Of a DNA stretch of 64,000 nt, positions 24,766-38,461 are shown one piece after another. Origin of the DNA: Chiloscyllium plagiosum (Eukaryota); assembly GCF_004010195.1 (NCBI RefSeq), contig NC_057720.1, positions 13,843,948-13,907,947 of the forward strand, written 5' to 3'. The notes under the pieces were generated by a model, which made no database searches, was not told where the DNA came from, and worked only from the letters and a program-made list of their open reading frames with translations. A program made the position numbers and the translations under genes. Every line of letters begins with the position of its first letter. The first letter of the stretch is position 1.

Positions 24766-26774
24766 CTATGTGGTAACTGCTAAGGGTTGCTGCATCTTTG
24801 CTGTCAGGTTAGAGATGGAGAATTTTCCAGCATGATAATTTAATCTTCAAGAAGGAGAAAGTGAGGACTGCAGATGAAGTGAATCTTCAGCCCATTGTGT
24901 CCACACCAGTCATCAAGCACCGATCTGTTCTAATCCCGTTTCCCAGCACTTGGCCCATAGCCTTGTATGTCATGGCACTTCAAGTGCACATCCAAATGCA
25001 TCTTAAATGTTGTCTCAGTTCCTGCCTCTATGACACTTTCATGCAGTGACTTCCAGATACCCACCACCTTTTGGATGATCAAGACTCTGCCTTAAACCCC
25101 CTGTCCTTTATTTTAAACCTATGTCCCCTTGTTTTTCATTCTTGTACAAAGGAGAAAAGTTTCATTCTTCTGATCCTCCATATGCCCCTCTTAATTTTGC
25201 CTCTGAACCCCATTGTGCCACAAATTTAGAAATTAACCAATTGCAGTTTTAAAACCTTGGCCTTCCTTTCCTAGCACACTGGTCTGACTATAATAATGGC
25301 CACTGGGAGAAAATAAGGGCTGCAGATGCTGGAGATCAGAGTTGAGAGTATGGTGCTGGAAAAGCACAGCATCCGAGTGAACACTGTCATTCCACTGTAA
25401 GTAAACTAACTTGTGAGAATTGTTTTTTAAAGAGCAGTTTGCTTTCTCGGCGGCTAACTTTTACAAACAAATTTTGACGAACAATAATGATTAAGGACAG
25501 AGAACAGAATAAAGTTAGGAGCAATATGAGGAAGGGGTTTCCTGTCAGGAGGCTTGGGAGTCAAGGCTGTAGCTTGAATGAGGGTTTCCTGAATACAGGT
25601 TATACCTGAAATGTTCACTTCTCCACCTCCTGATGCTGCCTGGCTTGCGGTATTCTTCCAGCCTCCTGCTTGTTTACCTGGGATTCCAGTGTCTACAGGT
25701 TTTTTTGTCTCTGAATGAGAGTTTCCGCAAAAGAGAAGCTAGAACGGGGGATGGTCACCATTGCTACAGAAATTGATGGTTTTGGCGATGGCATTCGAAT
25801 GAGGAATGAAGCTGACCTCAGATCAAATGTGATGCCAAGGTTGGCTTAGGTTAATCTGTAGCTGCTTACAATGACTGAATAAAAATGTCCTCCAACACTG
25901 CTACTTTTCAGTAGGAGCTGTGTCAAACATGTGGCGTAGTGGATTTATGTGCTGCCTTCAAAACCATAATGGTTCAGAGGGCAGGTAGCTCAGCAGGAGG
26001 CCATCTGAAACAACAACAACTTGCACATTCAGAGAGCAAATTTAACATCGTCAAATGTGTCACGGCTCTTCACAGAAATGTAACCAGATATAATCCGACA
26101 CTGAGGAGGTGTAGAGACTGAAGACTAAAAGCTAACTTTTTGACTCAGCTTTTAAGAAGCCACTTAAAGGAGGATAGCAAGGTGGAGAGACAGAAGGGGG
26201 AATGCCAGAGCTTGTTACCCTGGCATTATAGAGTGAAGAAAATTAGGGATGTGCAGCAGACAAAGTAAAATATTTTGGCTGCCTCAAATACTATGTGGTG
26301 ACTTGTAAACGTGGCAAAGCTTGATGTGTACAAGTGTCTGATAAAGCCAGGATTTTCTGATGCTGAAGTAAAAGTGAAAGCTGCTATTGAAGGCACAGAG
26401 AGAAATGACTGGTGCTCAGTTTAATCTGCGAATCACCACACCTCAGGCAAGGGTGGGGGGGGGGGTGGGCGGGGTGGTGATGGTGGGAAGGCAGGGCTTT
26501 AATAGTGATCTGTCATCATAGGAATCTGATTTACACTGTTGGCATCACTGTGCATCAAAAGCGAGCCGTCCAGCCAAGTGAACATACCTGACCCCCTGGC
26601 AACGTGGCTAAGTAGAGTTGGGCAGCAAAACTTCAACTTCACATGAGTGACTAATCTAACCTTCACCAAAGGAAAGAGAGCTCTTGACAGCCGATCAGCC
26701 ACTTTGAAGTGCAGTGATTCCAATATGCCACCCAGTCAATGGTCATTCTGAACACAAGATCCCACAACCACCCA

Positions 26775-27037
26775 AAAATATAAATGTTTGAATACATGTA
26801 CAAATAGATTCAAGAACAGCTTCTTCCCCACTCTTATCAGATTTTTGAGTGGACCTCTCAAATGTTAATTCTGATCTCTCTCTTTCTCTGCACCTTCTCT
26901 GCAGCCTTAACACTGTACTCTGCACTCTGCTCTGCTCCCCTGATGCACTTTGTATGATACGATCTGTCTGGAGAGCACACAAAACAACACTTTTCATTGT
27001 AACACGGCACATGTTCCAACAATAAATCAATCAATCA
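26775..27037 (+). mobile_element. Rex1/Babar-like LINE 3' end
   Basis: RFKNSFFPTLIR, then aataaa and a (tcaa)n tail. Confidence 0.65.
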
Positions 27038-27282
27038 TCAAAAAGCAAAATGCTGCAGATGCTGGAGAAGCTCAACAGATCTTGCAGCATCTGTGCAGTG
27101 AGAAACAGAGTTAGGTTTTTGAGTCTGATATTACTCTTCTTCAGAACTGGCAATTTCCACACAACTCAAGTGATCATAGCCTTGGCTTGCCAAATGATCT
27201 TACGTAGACATTACAGCCTATAAATGGTAACTTTTCATAGCCTTATCCCTCGAATACCTAGAAAAAACTCTGTGGAATATTT

Positions 27283-27635
27283 CAATAGAATCCCTACAGT
27301 GTGGAAAGAGGCCATTCAGTCCATTGGGTCTGCATGACCATCCCACCTCCCCGCCCCCTCCCCCCCCCCACTCTATCCCTGTAACTCTGCGTTTCACATG
27401 GCTAATCCATCTAGCCTGCACACTCCTGGATGCTGTGGGTAATTTAGTACAGCCAATTCACCTAAACTGCACATCTTTGGACTGTGGGAGGAAACCAGAG
27501 CACCCGGAGGAAACCCACACAGACACGGGGAGAATGTGCAAACTCCACACAGACAGTTGTCTCAGTCTGGAATCAAACCCAGGTCCTTGGCACTGTGAGG
27601 CAGCAGGGCTAACCACTGTGCCACCACGTCGCCCC
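27283..27635 (-). mobile_element. HE1-type V-SINE
   Basis: Same motifs as the other HE1 copies. Confidence 0.85.
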
Positions 27636-28187
27636 AATTTGTTTTGATTTTGTCCCTTATACTTTTATTTTTGTCTGTTTTATCTCATTTCACTCTTCCT
27701 GTCTTGCACTTTATGGAATTCCTCCTGAAAATTTATCATCCAATGCCTGAAGGAGAACTGAACATGCGTGGTCCTTCCTCACATACGTGTGTGGACTGGG
27801 AGAGTTTGCAGGTTGTGTACTAACAGACAGAATCTTGGTGAAGCCCTCACCCAACATCCACGTGTGCTACCCCCCAGGATGTTGGCTGGAGGATGGAGCA
27901 GAAACTGGAGCTCATTTACATCCCCTAGTCCAGAGTGAACTTGCCAAGTAATTTGTGAATTAATACCAATCCTTGTTATTGTGCTTTTCTTTGCAGATTT
28001 AAATTAATTGCTTGTGAATCTGCCACATCATTCTCCTGTAGATATGACTCATTAATTAGAAAGGACAATTACACAAGCCTTCATCAAAACATTTCATCCC
28101 AACACTAATCTAGCAACTTGGTGAAAAGTATGTAAGTAATGCGAGCACAGCCAATGCTCCCTATCTCCATCCAGCATGAATATATGG

Positions 28188-28258
28188 GTTTATATATACA
28201 TAATCTATCTATCTATAAAACCTATGTATATTGCATATATATATATATACATATATGT
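28188..28258. repeat. Degenerate (TA)n/(TCTA)n microsatellite
   Basis: tatatatatatatacatatatg run. Confidence 0.7.
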
Positions 28259-28669
28259 AAAATATTGGAGTGGTAACCTTAATGCCCCATTATCACTGGC
28301 AATGCAACATCTCTGCCTTGAAAGTGTCTAAAGTTTACAATTGATTCATGTGGGATAGGCCTCTATTCCTGTTGGAAATCTTGGCCCTATGTTATTAAGA
28401 GGACTTTGTTGGTCTTTTAGTGGGTAAAATCAGATAGTGTGTAGTGCAGACCCCTATTTGGTTCCACAGATGATGTAACTGCACAAACAGGGGGCAACAA
28501 CAGCTAATCCAGGCTGCTATCACCCATGGGACCCACAGTCCTGCTCATGGTTCCCGATTGCCTTTAATCTGCTGGTGTTACCAGGAGCCCTGAGAGGCCT
28601 CAATCTGGTGGTAAGATTCTTCCACTGATTATATAATTAATGATTAGTCTTCCACTTTGGAGCAAAGAA

Positions 28670-29450
28670 TAAAAGAAAGCAGCGTACTATTAGAGAGATT
28701 GTAGAACTCTGATGTACAGAGGGATCTGGGTATCCTAGTATATGAATCACAGTCTGCAATTCATCAAGTGATAAGGAAAGATAGAGAAATGGAATTCAAA
28801 AGTCTGGATGTTATGCTCCAGCTGTACAGACCTTGGTGAGATCACAGCGGGAGTCCAGCTTTCTTTTCCTTATGTATTTCTTTAGATGCAGCTCCGAGAA
28901 AGTTCACTCATGTAGGAAGGGTTTAGAGGGATTTGGGCAAAGTGCTGGCAAATGGGACTAGATTAGGTGAGGATATCTGGTCGACATGGACAAGTCAGAC
29001 TGAAGGGACTGTTTCCTTGCTGTGCAACTCTATGACTGCTTCTTGTGATGGGGGAGTTATCTTATGAAGAAGGTCGGAATCCATTGGTGTTTCGAAGAAA
29101 GATGAATGATCTAATTGAAACTCACAAGATCCTGAGGGGACCTGATAAGATGGTTGCTGAAATAAAGTGTCTTCCTTCAGGGGAGGCTAGAACCAGGGGA
29201 CACAGTTTAAAAATGACAGACATTATTTTCCCTCTGAAAACTGTTTTCCTGGAGTCTGGAGCATGCAAGACATTACATATTTCCAAGACAGAGATAAATA
29301 ATTTCTTAATTGACAAGGGAGTCAAAGTGTATCGGGGTAGGTGGGGAAATGGAGTTGAAACCGTAGATAGATCAGCCATGATCATGGCGAATGACAAAAC
29401 AGGTTCAAGGGCCAAATGGGCCAGTCCTGCTTCGAATTTATATGTTTGTT
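28670..29450 (+). mobile_element. Old CR1 3' fragment with a nested CR1 3' end (about 28910-29037)
   Basis: QRDLG, DLIETHKILRG, ARTRGHSLK. Confidence 0.7.
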
Positions 29451-29559
29451 CAATCAATTTCTCTAATGTTGACGAAGAAACTCCCTGAATGTACTCGAAT
29501 CTTTAGGGAGTACACCAAAATGCAAGACCTCGGCTGAGTGGATCATACAAAAGAAAACA

Positions 29560-29890
29560 CTTAGACTGTAAGGTATAGGAGTAGAGTTAGACCATTCAAC
29601 CCAGGAGTCAACTTTACTGTCCAATCGTGGCTGATAGGTTTCTTAATCCTATTCTCCTGCCTTCTTCCTGCACCCTTTATTCTCTTACTAATCAAGAACG
29701 TATCTATCTCTGTCTTAAATACACACAATGGCTTGGCCACCACAGCCCTCTGCAGCAATGAGTTCTACAGATTGACCACCCTTTGGCTGAAGAAATTGCT
29801 CCTCGTCTCAGTACTAGAGGGTTGTCCCTTCACTCTGAGGCTGTGCAAGTTATCCTAGTCTCCTCCTACTGACAGAAACATCTTCCAGTG
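29560..29890 (-). mobile_element. CR1 3' end
   Basis: FFSQRVVNL..LQRAVVAKPLCVFKTEIDTFL. Confidence 0.75.
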
Positions 29891-30894
29891 TCACAGGATC
29901 CTGTCGGTTTTGTGTTGTATGAGCAGACTGCTCAAATCGTTGCATGAAACCAAAAGGTTCATTTCTGAGGAATGTTTATTGAAGGTGACATTGTGATCAA
30001 GCTCCAAATGTGTAGCTGGATTCACAGAGAATTCTGGCTTCTTCTGCATTCTCGGTAGTCTGTCAAGAATCTTACATTATTCCACTTAACTAAAAAACTT
30101 AATTCATTTAAAGAGATTTGCAAGGATAATATCATGAGCAACCAGTGGAGAGGCTGGGGCTTTCTTCTCTAGAACATAAAAGACTGAAGGGATATATTGA
30201 CAAGGGAGATAAGGTGTACCGTGGGTAGCTGGGAACTGAAGCTACATATTGGACTCAAAATGCTGCTTCTGTCTCTCTCTGTCCACAGATGCTGCCACAC
30301 CCACTGAGTTTCTCCAGCAAACTCTCTGTTGTTATCTCATATTTCCAACACTTGCGGTATTTTGCTTTCAGAAGACTGAAGGTAACCTGACAGTGACCTT
30401 TAAGATTGTAAAAGGGTTTGGTCAGGTTGACAAAGAGAAAAGGTCTCCACTTACGGGCGAGGCCGGAATACAGGCCACAGGTGGACAATAATAAATTGAA
30501 TGGAGAAGTCAGGAATTTCTTTTCCCCGGAGAATGGTTAAAATGACCAGAGCAAGGCACATTTGTGGGAAAGTGATATAAACACGTGGGGAGCAAGCTGA
30601 GGATACCTTGCTAATGTGATGAGATGAAGAGTTGGGAAGAAGAAGGTTGACAGCAAGCATGGACCAATTGGACTGTTTCCAATATATTACCTTATTTCGT
30701 ATTCAATGTAATATACAAAGCAACTGTCTCCATGGGTTGCCACCTTGCTGGAGAGGCTTGAGTGTTCCATTGATCCCAAGAGTGCTGCCATTAGGAATTC
30801 TCAACTCCTGGCAGGGTCACCCATGACAATTAGGCCTGAAGGGAGGAGACAGACAAAGCACAATCCAAAACAAGTCCTCAACGGCGTTGCTAGA

Positions 30895-32930
30895 TGACTA
30901 AAGAAATTGTGGGTTTGTTTAGGAAAATGAAGGGAGCATATGTAAGGTATAGACAGGATAGATTGAGTGAATCCTTACAAGAGTATAAAGGCAGTACATA
31001 GAACATAGAACATAGAAGAATACAGCGCAGTACAGGCCCTTTGGCCCTCGATGTTGCGCCGATCCAAGCCCACCGAACCTATAAGGAAAATGAAGGGAGC
31101 ATATGTAAGGCATAGACAGGATAGATTGAGTGAATCCTTACAAGAGTTTAAAGGCAGTAGGAGAGTACTTAAGAAGGAGCTCAGAAGGGCAAAAACGGGG
31201 ACATGAGATAGCTTTGGCAAATGGAGTTAAGGAGAATCCAAAAGGTTTTTACAAATACATAAAGGACAAAAGGGTAACTAGGGAGAGAATAGGACCCCTC
31301 AAAGATCAGCAAAGCGGCCTTTGTGTGGAGCCGTTGGAGATGGGGAGATATTAAACGAGTATTTTGCATCAGTATTTACTGTGGAAAAGGATTTGGAAGA
31401 TATAGAATGTAGGGAAAAAGATGGTGACATCTTTAAACATGTCCATATTACAGAGAAGGAAGTGCTGGACGTCTTGAAATGCATAAAAGTGGGTAAATCC
31501 CCAGGACCTGATCTGGTGTATCCTAGAACTCTGTGGGAAGCTAGGGAAGTGATTGGTGGGCCTCTTGCAGAGATATTTGCATCATTGATAGTCACAGGTG
31601 AGGTGCTGGAAGACTGGAGTTTGGCAAACGTGGTGCCACTGTTTAAGAAGGGTAGTAAGGACAAGCCAGGGAACTATAGACCAGTGAGCCTGACCTCGGT
31701 GGTGGGCAGATTGTTGGAGGGAATCCTGAGGGACAGGATGTACATGTTTTTAGAAAGGCAAGGACTGATTAGGGATAGTCAACATGGCTTTGTGCNNNNN
31801 NNNNNNNNNNNNNNNNNNNNNNNNNNNNNNNNNNNNNNNNNNNNNNNNNNNNNNNNNNNNNNNNNNNNNNNNNNNNNNNNNNNNNNNNNNNNNNNNNNNN
31901 NNNNNNNNNNNNNNNNNNNNNNNNNNNNNNNNNNNNNNNNNNNNNNNNNNNNNNNNNNNNNNNNNNNNNNNNNNNNNNNNNNNNNNNNNNNNNNNNNNNN
32001 NNNNNNNNNNNNNNNNNNNNNNNNNNNNNNNNNNNNNNNNNNNNNNNNNNNNNNNNNNNNNNNNNNNNNNNNNNNNNNNNNNNNNNNNNNNNNNNNNNNN
32101 NNNNNNNNNNNNNNNNNNNNNNNNNNNNNNNNNNNNNNNNNNNNNNNNNNNNNNNNNNNNNNNNNNNNNNNNNNNNNNNNNNNNNNNNNNNNNNNNNNNN
32201 NNNNNNNNNNNNNNNNNNNNNNNNNNNTGAAAGTAGAGTTGCAGGTAGATAGGATAGTGAAGAAGGTGTTTGGTATGCTTCCCTTTATTGGTCAGAGTAT
32301 TGAGTACAGGAGTTGGGAGGTCATGTTGTGGCTGTACAGGACATTGGTTAGGCCACTTTTGGAATATTGCGTGCAATTCTGGTCTCCCTCCGATCAGAAA
32401 GATATTGTTCAGAAAAGATTTACAAAGATGTTGCCAGGGTTGGAGGATTTGAACTATAGGGAGAGGATGAATAGGCGAGGGCTATTTTCCCTGGAAGGGT
32501 GGAAGCTGAGGGGTGACCTTATAGAGGTTTATAAAATCATGGCAGGCAGGGGTGACCTTATAGAGGTTTATAAAATCATGGCAGGCACGGATAGGGTAAA
32601 TAGATAAGGTATTTTCCCTGGGGTGGGGGAGTCCAGAACTAGAGGGCATAAGTTTAGGGGTGAGAGGGGAAAGATATAAAAGAGACCTAAGTGGCAACAT
32701 TTTCTCGGAGAAGTGGTGCATGTATGGAATGAGGTGCCAGAGGAATTGATGTAGGCTAGTACAATTGCAACATTTAAAAGGCATCTAGATGAATATATAA
32801 ATAGGCAGGGTTGATAGGGATATGGGTCAGGTGCTGGCAGGTGGGACTAGATTGGGTTGGGATACCTGGTTGGCATGGATGAGTTGGACCAAAGGGTCTG
32901 TTTCTGTGCTGTACATCTCTATGACTCTAT
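30895..32930 (+). mobile_element. CR1 LINE spanning a gap
   Basis: VKENPKGFYKYIK, KSPGPDLVYPR, QHGFV, LYRTLVRPLLEYCVQFWSP. 39-bp tandem duplication at about 32509-32586, tail ctctatgactct. Confidence 0.95.
31796..32227. other. Assembly gap
   Basis: N run. Confidence 1.
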
Positions 32931-33024
32931 AACAGCGATCCAAGCAAAAGACATTTGTGTGATAATAATATCTGTGACAGTCAATGAGGGCTGTTGGGAA
33001 ATCCCCAGTCTAAGTGCAGTACCA

Positions 33025-33850
33025 TTCATGACTCCTCAGATACTGCAGTCATCCATGTTCAAATGCAGCAGACCTGGACAATATCCAGGCTTGGGCTGAC
33101 AAGTGGCAAACAACATTTGCATCTCACAAATACCAGGCAATGACCATCTCCAATAAGACACAATCTAACCACTATCCCTTGGCATTCAATGGCATACCAT
33201 TACCGAAACCCTACTAACAACTTCCTGGAATTTACCATTGACCAGAACCTCAATTGGACTTGCCACATAAACATAGTGACTGAAAAAGCAGGTCAGATGC
33301 TAAGAACTCTGCAGTGAGTAACTCACCTCTTGAATCCCTAGAGCCTATCCACCATCTACAAAGCACAAGTCAGGAGTGTAATGGAAAACTTCCCACTTGC
33401 CTGGATGAGTGCAGCCCCAACAACACACAAGAAGCTTGACACCATCCAGGATGAAGCAACCCCTTTGACAGGCTTCACTTTCAGAAGCACTGACTCCCTC
33501 CACCAATGAGTAGTGTGTACTATCTACAAGACGCAGAAATTCACCAAAGATCCTTAGTCAGCATCTACTAAATCCACAACACTTCTATCTCGAAGGAGAA
33601 GGGCAGCAGATACTTGGGAACACCACCACTTGCAATCTCCCCTCACTACTCTGAATTATATTGCTGTTCCTTCACCGTCACTGGGACAAGATCCTGGAAT
33701 TCCCTCCACCTTGGCACTGTATGTTTACCTACACAACGTGGGCTGTGGCAGTTTAAGAAGGCAGCTCACCACCACCTTCTCAGGGGCATCTAGAGGTGGG
33801 CAATAAATGCTGGTCCAGCCATCAGTGCCCATCTTCCATAAGTGAATAAG
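33025..33850 (+). mobile_element. 3' portion of the second LINE family
   Basis: QQDLDNIQAWADKWQ, LSTIYKAQVRSVME, KKLDTIQD, and a 3' UTR with gggcaataaatgctgg. Confidence 0.85.
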
Positions 33851-36554
33851 GTAAGATCGTCAAGGTTTCCTTGCTACTGGAAATGGATCTACCTTCTGTC
33901 AAAGATCTTAATTCTGCTAATGTGCAACAACATTCCCACATTAAAAGATGTCTGTCACAAGAGGAATGCAGCTGTAGGATTGGGCTCATCAGCCACACAA
34001 GAACACACAGAACCCAGGACCAGTGACACGGAATTTCCTAGGAAGACAATCATACTCATTAGCGATTGATTGCCACATCTGACAATACAAAACAATCTCA
34101 TAAATGGAATAATGAGATAAATGTATAAAGATTGAAAGATGTAGGGTGGAAAAGAATCTTCAGACTTGAGGGAGCAACTGGAAGAAATTGCAATTAACTC
34201 AATGAGACATTTCCATGTGATTTACATCATCACGTCCTGTATTTGCCAACGGTCTTTGACAAAGAATGTTCCCTTAGATGTTCTGTGGGTACACCAGTTG
34301 TGAAGAAACTCTGTTCATTTTTCACTGCCAATTGACAACAATTTACGTTTTAATTAGCCTTCACAGAAGACATGCTTAATTTTCTGAAATTGCCTATCAC
34401 ACTGAGTCAGCATATTATTTTATAAACCTGCTGAGTCATTGCTCACGAACCACAACTCCGTAAAATGATCTTTGGGACAAACTACAGATAAAATCTGCCT
34501 TCGAAATAGTTTTATTTAATCTTTTCATTTTCTTAGCGACCCTCCGCATCCCTGCTTCCTGTTTAGTCTGTGCTGAGGTGCAGTTAACTGAGAGTCAGTC
34601 CCCCTCTGGTGCAACAATGATATTCATTTGTATAGCACTTCTAATTTGATAAAGCATCACAAGTCTCTTCACAAGTACACCATTGGGCAAAATACCACAA
34701 CACATAAGGACACATGAGGATGGCCGAGATACTTTGTCGCTGCGTTGTTTACACTGAATACAAGAAGATTAATTGATAATGGTAACAGACCAATTCTCAC
34801 TTTGAGGGGCTTTCAATACAGAAGCTTTGGGATGAAAACACTGGGTGGCAGCTATCTCTTCGCTGGTACAGAGGCATTTGTTCCCACTGCCAATGTAAAC
34901 TGCCAACTAGACAGACCACAATTCAAACTCACAACTGTCCCTAGCCTGTGTGGTACACTGGTGAAACATTCCTGAGCAATCCGAGTGCAGTCACTTGTTG
35001 AAAGCAAAACAGATGGCAAATCTATTAAGAGTAATGCAATAATAGAATAATACCTGGAATTGTCACTGGTAGCTCAGTGCTGCTACTAGTGGAATCCTGA
35101 GTTCCATTGCTCTTCTCCATTCTTGACAGTTCTCTTCCCTGCTCTTGAGTGCTTGGCGTGTCACGAAATATTTTGTCTTTTTTTTTGTTGAAAAGTCTCT
35201 TCTGTAAACTGAGTTGAACCAGATCACACCCTGGAAACACTGCTGATGGGCATAATGCCAGAAGAGCAGCAGGGCTTTCCAATCCAGAGGGCAGATTGGA
35301 GTGAGGTGGGGAGGAGGGAAGGTGTTGAGGAGTTGGTGGTGGGGAGGGGGGAGGGTGGCGATGGTGAGGGAGAATGAAACAGCAGACTCTAATCTATGTT
35401 AACATTGTCATTCAGAACTGAAACAAAAAAAACATGACTGGAGACATTCGTCAAGAAAGAAAACTCCAGCTGAGGCAGTTAATTGTTTTGACAGGAAGTT
35501 TGACAGTCCCTGACTAATCAGCTGGTCCGGGTGAAGAAAACAGGATATTCTGTAGTTTTAAAATGTGGGCTTCACAATCAGGGCCCATTTGAGCTGTCTA
35601 CATCAATGCCTGACAGATTGATACTCTAAGCAGCTGCCTTGGAAAATAAAGCACCCAACACACTGAGTTACTTGTTTTGTTGCCGTCGGGATTTTGTATT
35701 AAGTTGCTTGTTCATTCCTTTCGGATTTTACTCAGTATCGTACTGAACATCTGCAATTCATTGCCTGTGACATTATAAACAAGGGAAGGGCACGCTGATT
35801 ATAAAGCATGTGGCTTTTGGGAAAACAATAATAATGAAAATTTGACGTCACACAGGCAGCAAATGGTTTCGATTTGCGATGGGTTTTTTTGCACCAGTTT
35901 GAGAGTTGGGTTTATCATTTTCGGTGTTTATATTAAAAGTTCTGGAGGATATTAAAAAGTAGAGTGTTTATTTAGTTTCAGTTTAAGTGGGATTGTGTTA
36001 TCTTGGAGTAAAAGCACCAATTTTCCTCCTAATTCCAACCTAAAAAATGGCTATATTTGGACCATCCACACAGTCCCCTTCCCCCTAAAAATCACTGCCA
36101 AGCCTTTAAAATAACCTTGTGTAATCTGAACAAACATTTTTTTTACAGTTAACAGCTGGGAAAGAAAACTGTGGCAAGATCTAATTAATTACATTTCTTA
36201 ATTAGAAGTGAAAACTTCACGAAAAACACACACATCCTGTCGATGTATTCTGAAGAGCAAATATGATTTATTTTACTCATTCATGGGATGTGGGCTTCGT
36301 TGGTTGAGCCAGCATTTATTGCCCATCCTGGATGCTAGAATTCCCTTCCTGTGTGGGAAACAAGAGAACGTTGGGGTTGGAGTATAGAAGAGCACTTTGT
36401 TTTCTTTTACATGGCTGCATGGCTTAAAATAATTGTGTTCAGAAAATTCTCATAGATGCCATGATGCACTTTGATGTCAAAACAATCCAGAGTGTTACAG
36501 CTCAGGAAGAGGCCCTTTGGCCCACTGTGTCCATTCTGGTCACCAAGTGCCTTT

Positions 36555-36590
36555 ATTCCTGAAGAAGGGCCTGTGCCCGAAACGTCGAAT
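36555..36590 (+). ncRNA. Minimal type I hammerhead ribozyme motif in a Penelope terminus
   Basis: ATTC-CTGAAGA-A-GGGC(CTGT)GCCC-GAAAC-GTC-GAAT. Stem I, stem II and the conserved core are all intact. Confidence 0.8.
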
Positions 36591-37529
36591 CTCCTGTTCC
36601 CTGGATGCTGCCTGACCTGCTGTGCTGTTCCAGCAATAAAGTTTCAACTTTGATCTCCAGCATCTGCAGACCTCACTTTCTCCCCTTTCTACTCTTGTCC
36701 CATTATCCAGCACTTGACCTGTGTATGTTGTGTTGCTTCAAGCAATCATAATTTAAATACTTCTTAAATGTTGTGACGGTTTCGGTCATGATAACCCTGA
36801 AGAAAGGTCATACCCGAAACGTTGACTTCTCCATCTCCCGATGCTGCCTGGCTTGCTATGTTCTACCAGTCTCCTGCCCGTCTACACCAGCATCTGCAGT
36901 TTTTTTGTCTCTAACTACAATGAGTTCCAAATGTCTACCACTCTCTGGGTGAAAAGAAAAAATTCCTTAAACCTTTTTTAAACTTCCTCCCCTTTACCTT
37001 AAATCTATGCCCACTGGTTATTGATCCCTCAATCAAGGGAAATATTTTTTCCTATCGACCCGACATACGGCCCTCAGAATTTTGTATATTTCAGTCTCCT
37101 GCTCCCTCAACTTTCTTTACTCTGAGGAAAATGACCCCGGCCTATCTAATCTTCCTTCATTCAGGAATCACTGTAGCACAAACAATGTCCTGGTGAATCT
37201 CCTCCACACTGTCTCAAATACAATCACACGCTTCCTGTGACATGATGACCAGAGCTTCACACAATACCCCAGCTGGGGCCTAGCTAATGTGAGACGCAGC
37301 TCTACTGCAACCTCCTCGTAACATCTTGCCAATTTGCTCATTGTTAAGGTCACAATCCACAGATTATTTGTGGATCTGTTTAATTTCATTGCTAGCTGCT
37401 CACACTTTCAATTCCTCAACTAATAAATATGCCTTCTTGACCTATTTATCCAACTGCCCAGGTGCCTTCAAGAACTGTTGACATGCTTGAAACGGCAGTA
37501 GCAATGCCAATGCCAGCCACATGCCTCCT

Positions 37530-37640
37530 CTGAGCGAGACAGGAGTGACTCTGAGCTAGCTGGCCAGAGCCAGTGTACTATGGACTAGTAAATAAAGGGT
37601 GACTTGGTGATGGGATACCAGCCTCTGTGTAGTTATTTCA
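37530..37640 (+). mobile_element. Probable LTR fragment, related copy on the minus strand at about 50428-50620
   Basis: aataaagggtgacttggtgatgggataccagcctctgtgtagttatttca: polyA signal and a CA end, and it recurs inverted. Confidence 0.4.
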
Positions 37641-38461
37641 ATGCCCATCAAGTTCCTTCTGGTGCTCAGGTCCTACAATTATTGTTACTCCCTTGCCTTG
37701 ATAGTTCTCACAAAGTGGATCATCTAACTCTTTTGAAGATTAACGTCCATTTGTTCAGCCCATCTGACCAGCCCACCTATATTGTCCTATTATCTAACAT
37801 TTGCCTCCTCTCTATTTGCCACATTAGCAATTTTTTGTGTGATTTATGTACAGCACGGAAACAGACTCTTCGGTTTAACTTGTCCATGCCGACCAGATAT
37901 CCTAAATTAATCTAGTCCCATTTGCCAGCACTTGGCCCATATCCCTCTAAACCCTTCTTCTTCATGTGCCCATCCAGATGCTTTTGAAATGTTGTAATTG
38001 TACCACTTCCTCTGGCAGCTCATTCCATACACACACCAAACGTTGAATGAAAAACTTTCCCCTTAGGTCCCTTTTATATCTTTCCCCTCTCATCCTAAAT
38101 GTATGCCCTCTTGTTCTGGACTCCCCTGCCCCAGGGAAAAGACCTTGTTTATTTATCCAATCCATGCCCCTCATGATTTTATTAACCTCTGTGAGGTCAC
38201 TCCTCAGCCTCTGAAGCCCCAGGGAAAATAGCCCCAGCTTACTCAGCCTCTTCCTGTAGCTCAAACCCTCCAACCCTGGCCATATCTTGGTAAATCTATT
38301 CTGAATCCTTTCAAGTTTCACAACATCCTTCCTACAGGAGGGAACGGGAACTGCACACAGTATTCCAAAAATGGCCTCACTAATGTCCTGTACAGTTGCA
38401 ACATGACCTCCCAACTCCTATATTCAATGCTCTGACCAATAGAGGAAAACATACTAAACGC

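Noticed and set aside
31321..32607. Long ORFs crossing N runs (also 5687, 45368, 50710)
   Set aside because: Length is inflated by assembly gaps. The flanks are CR1 or Penelope
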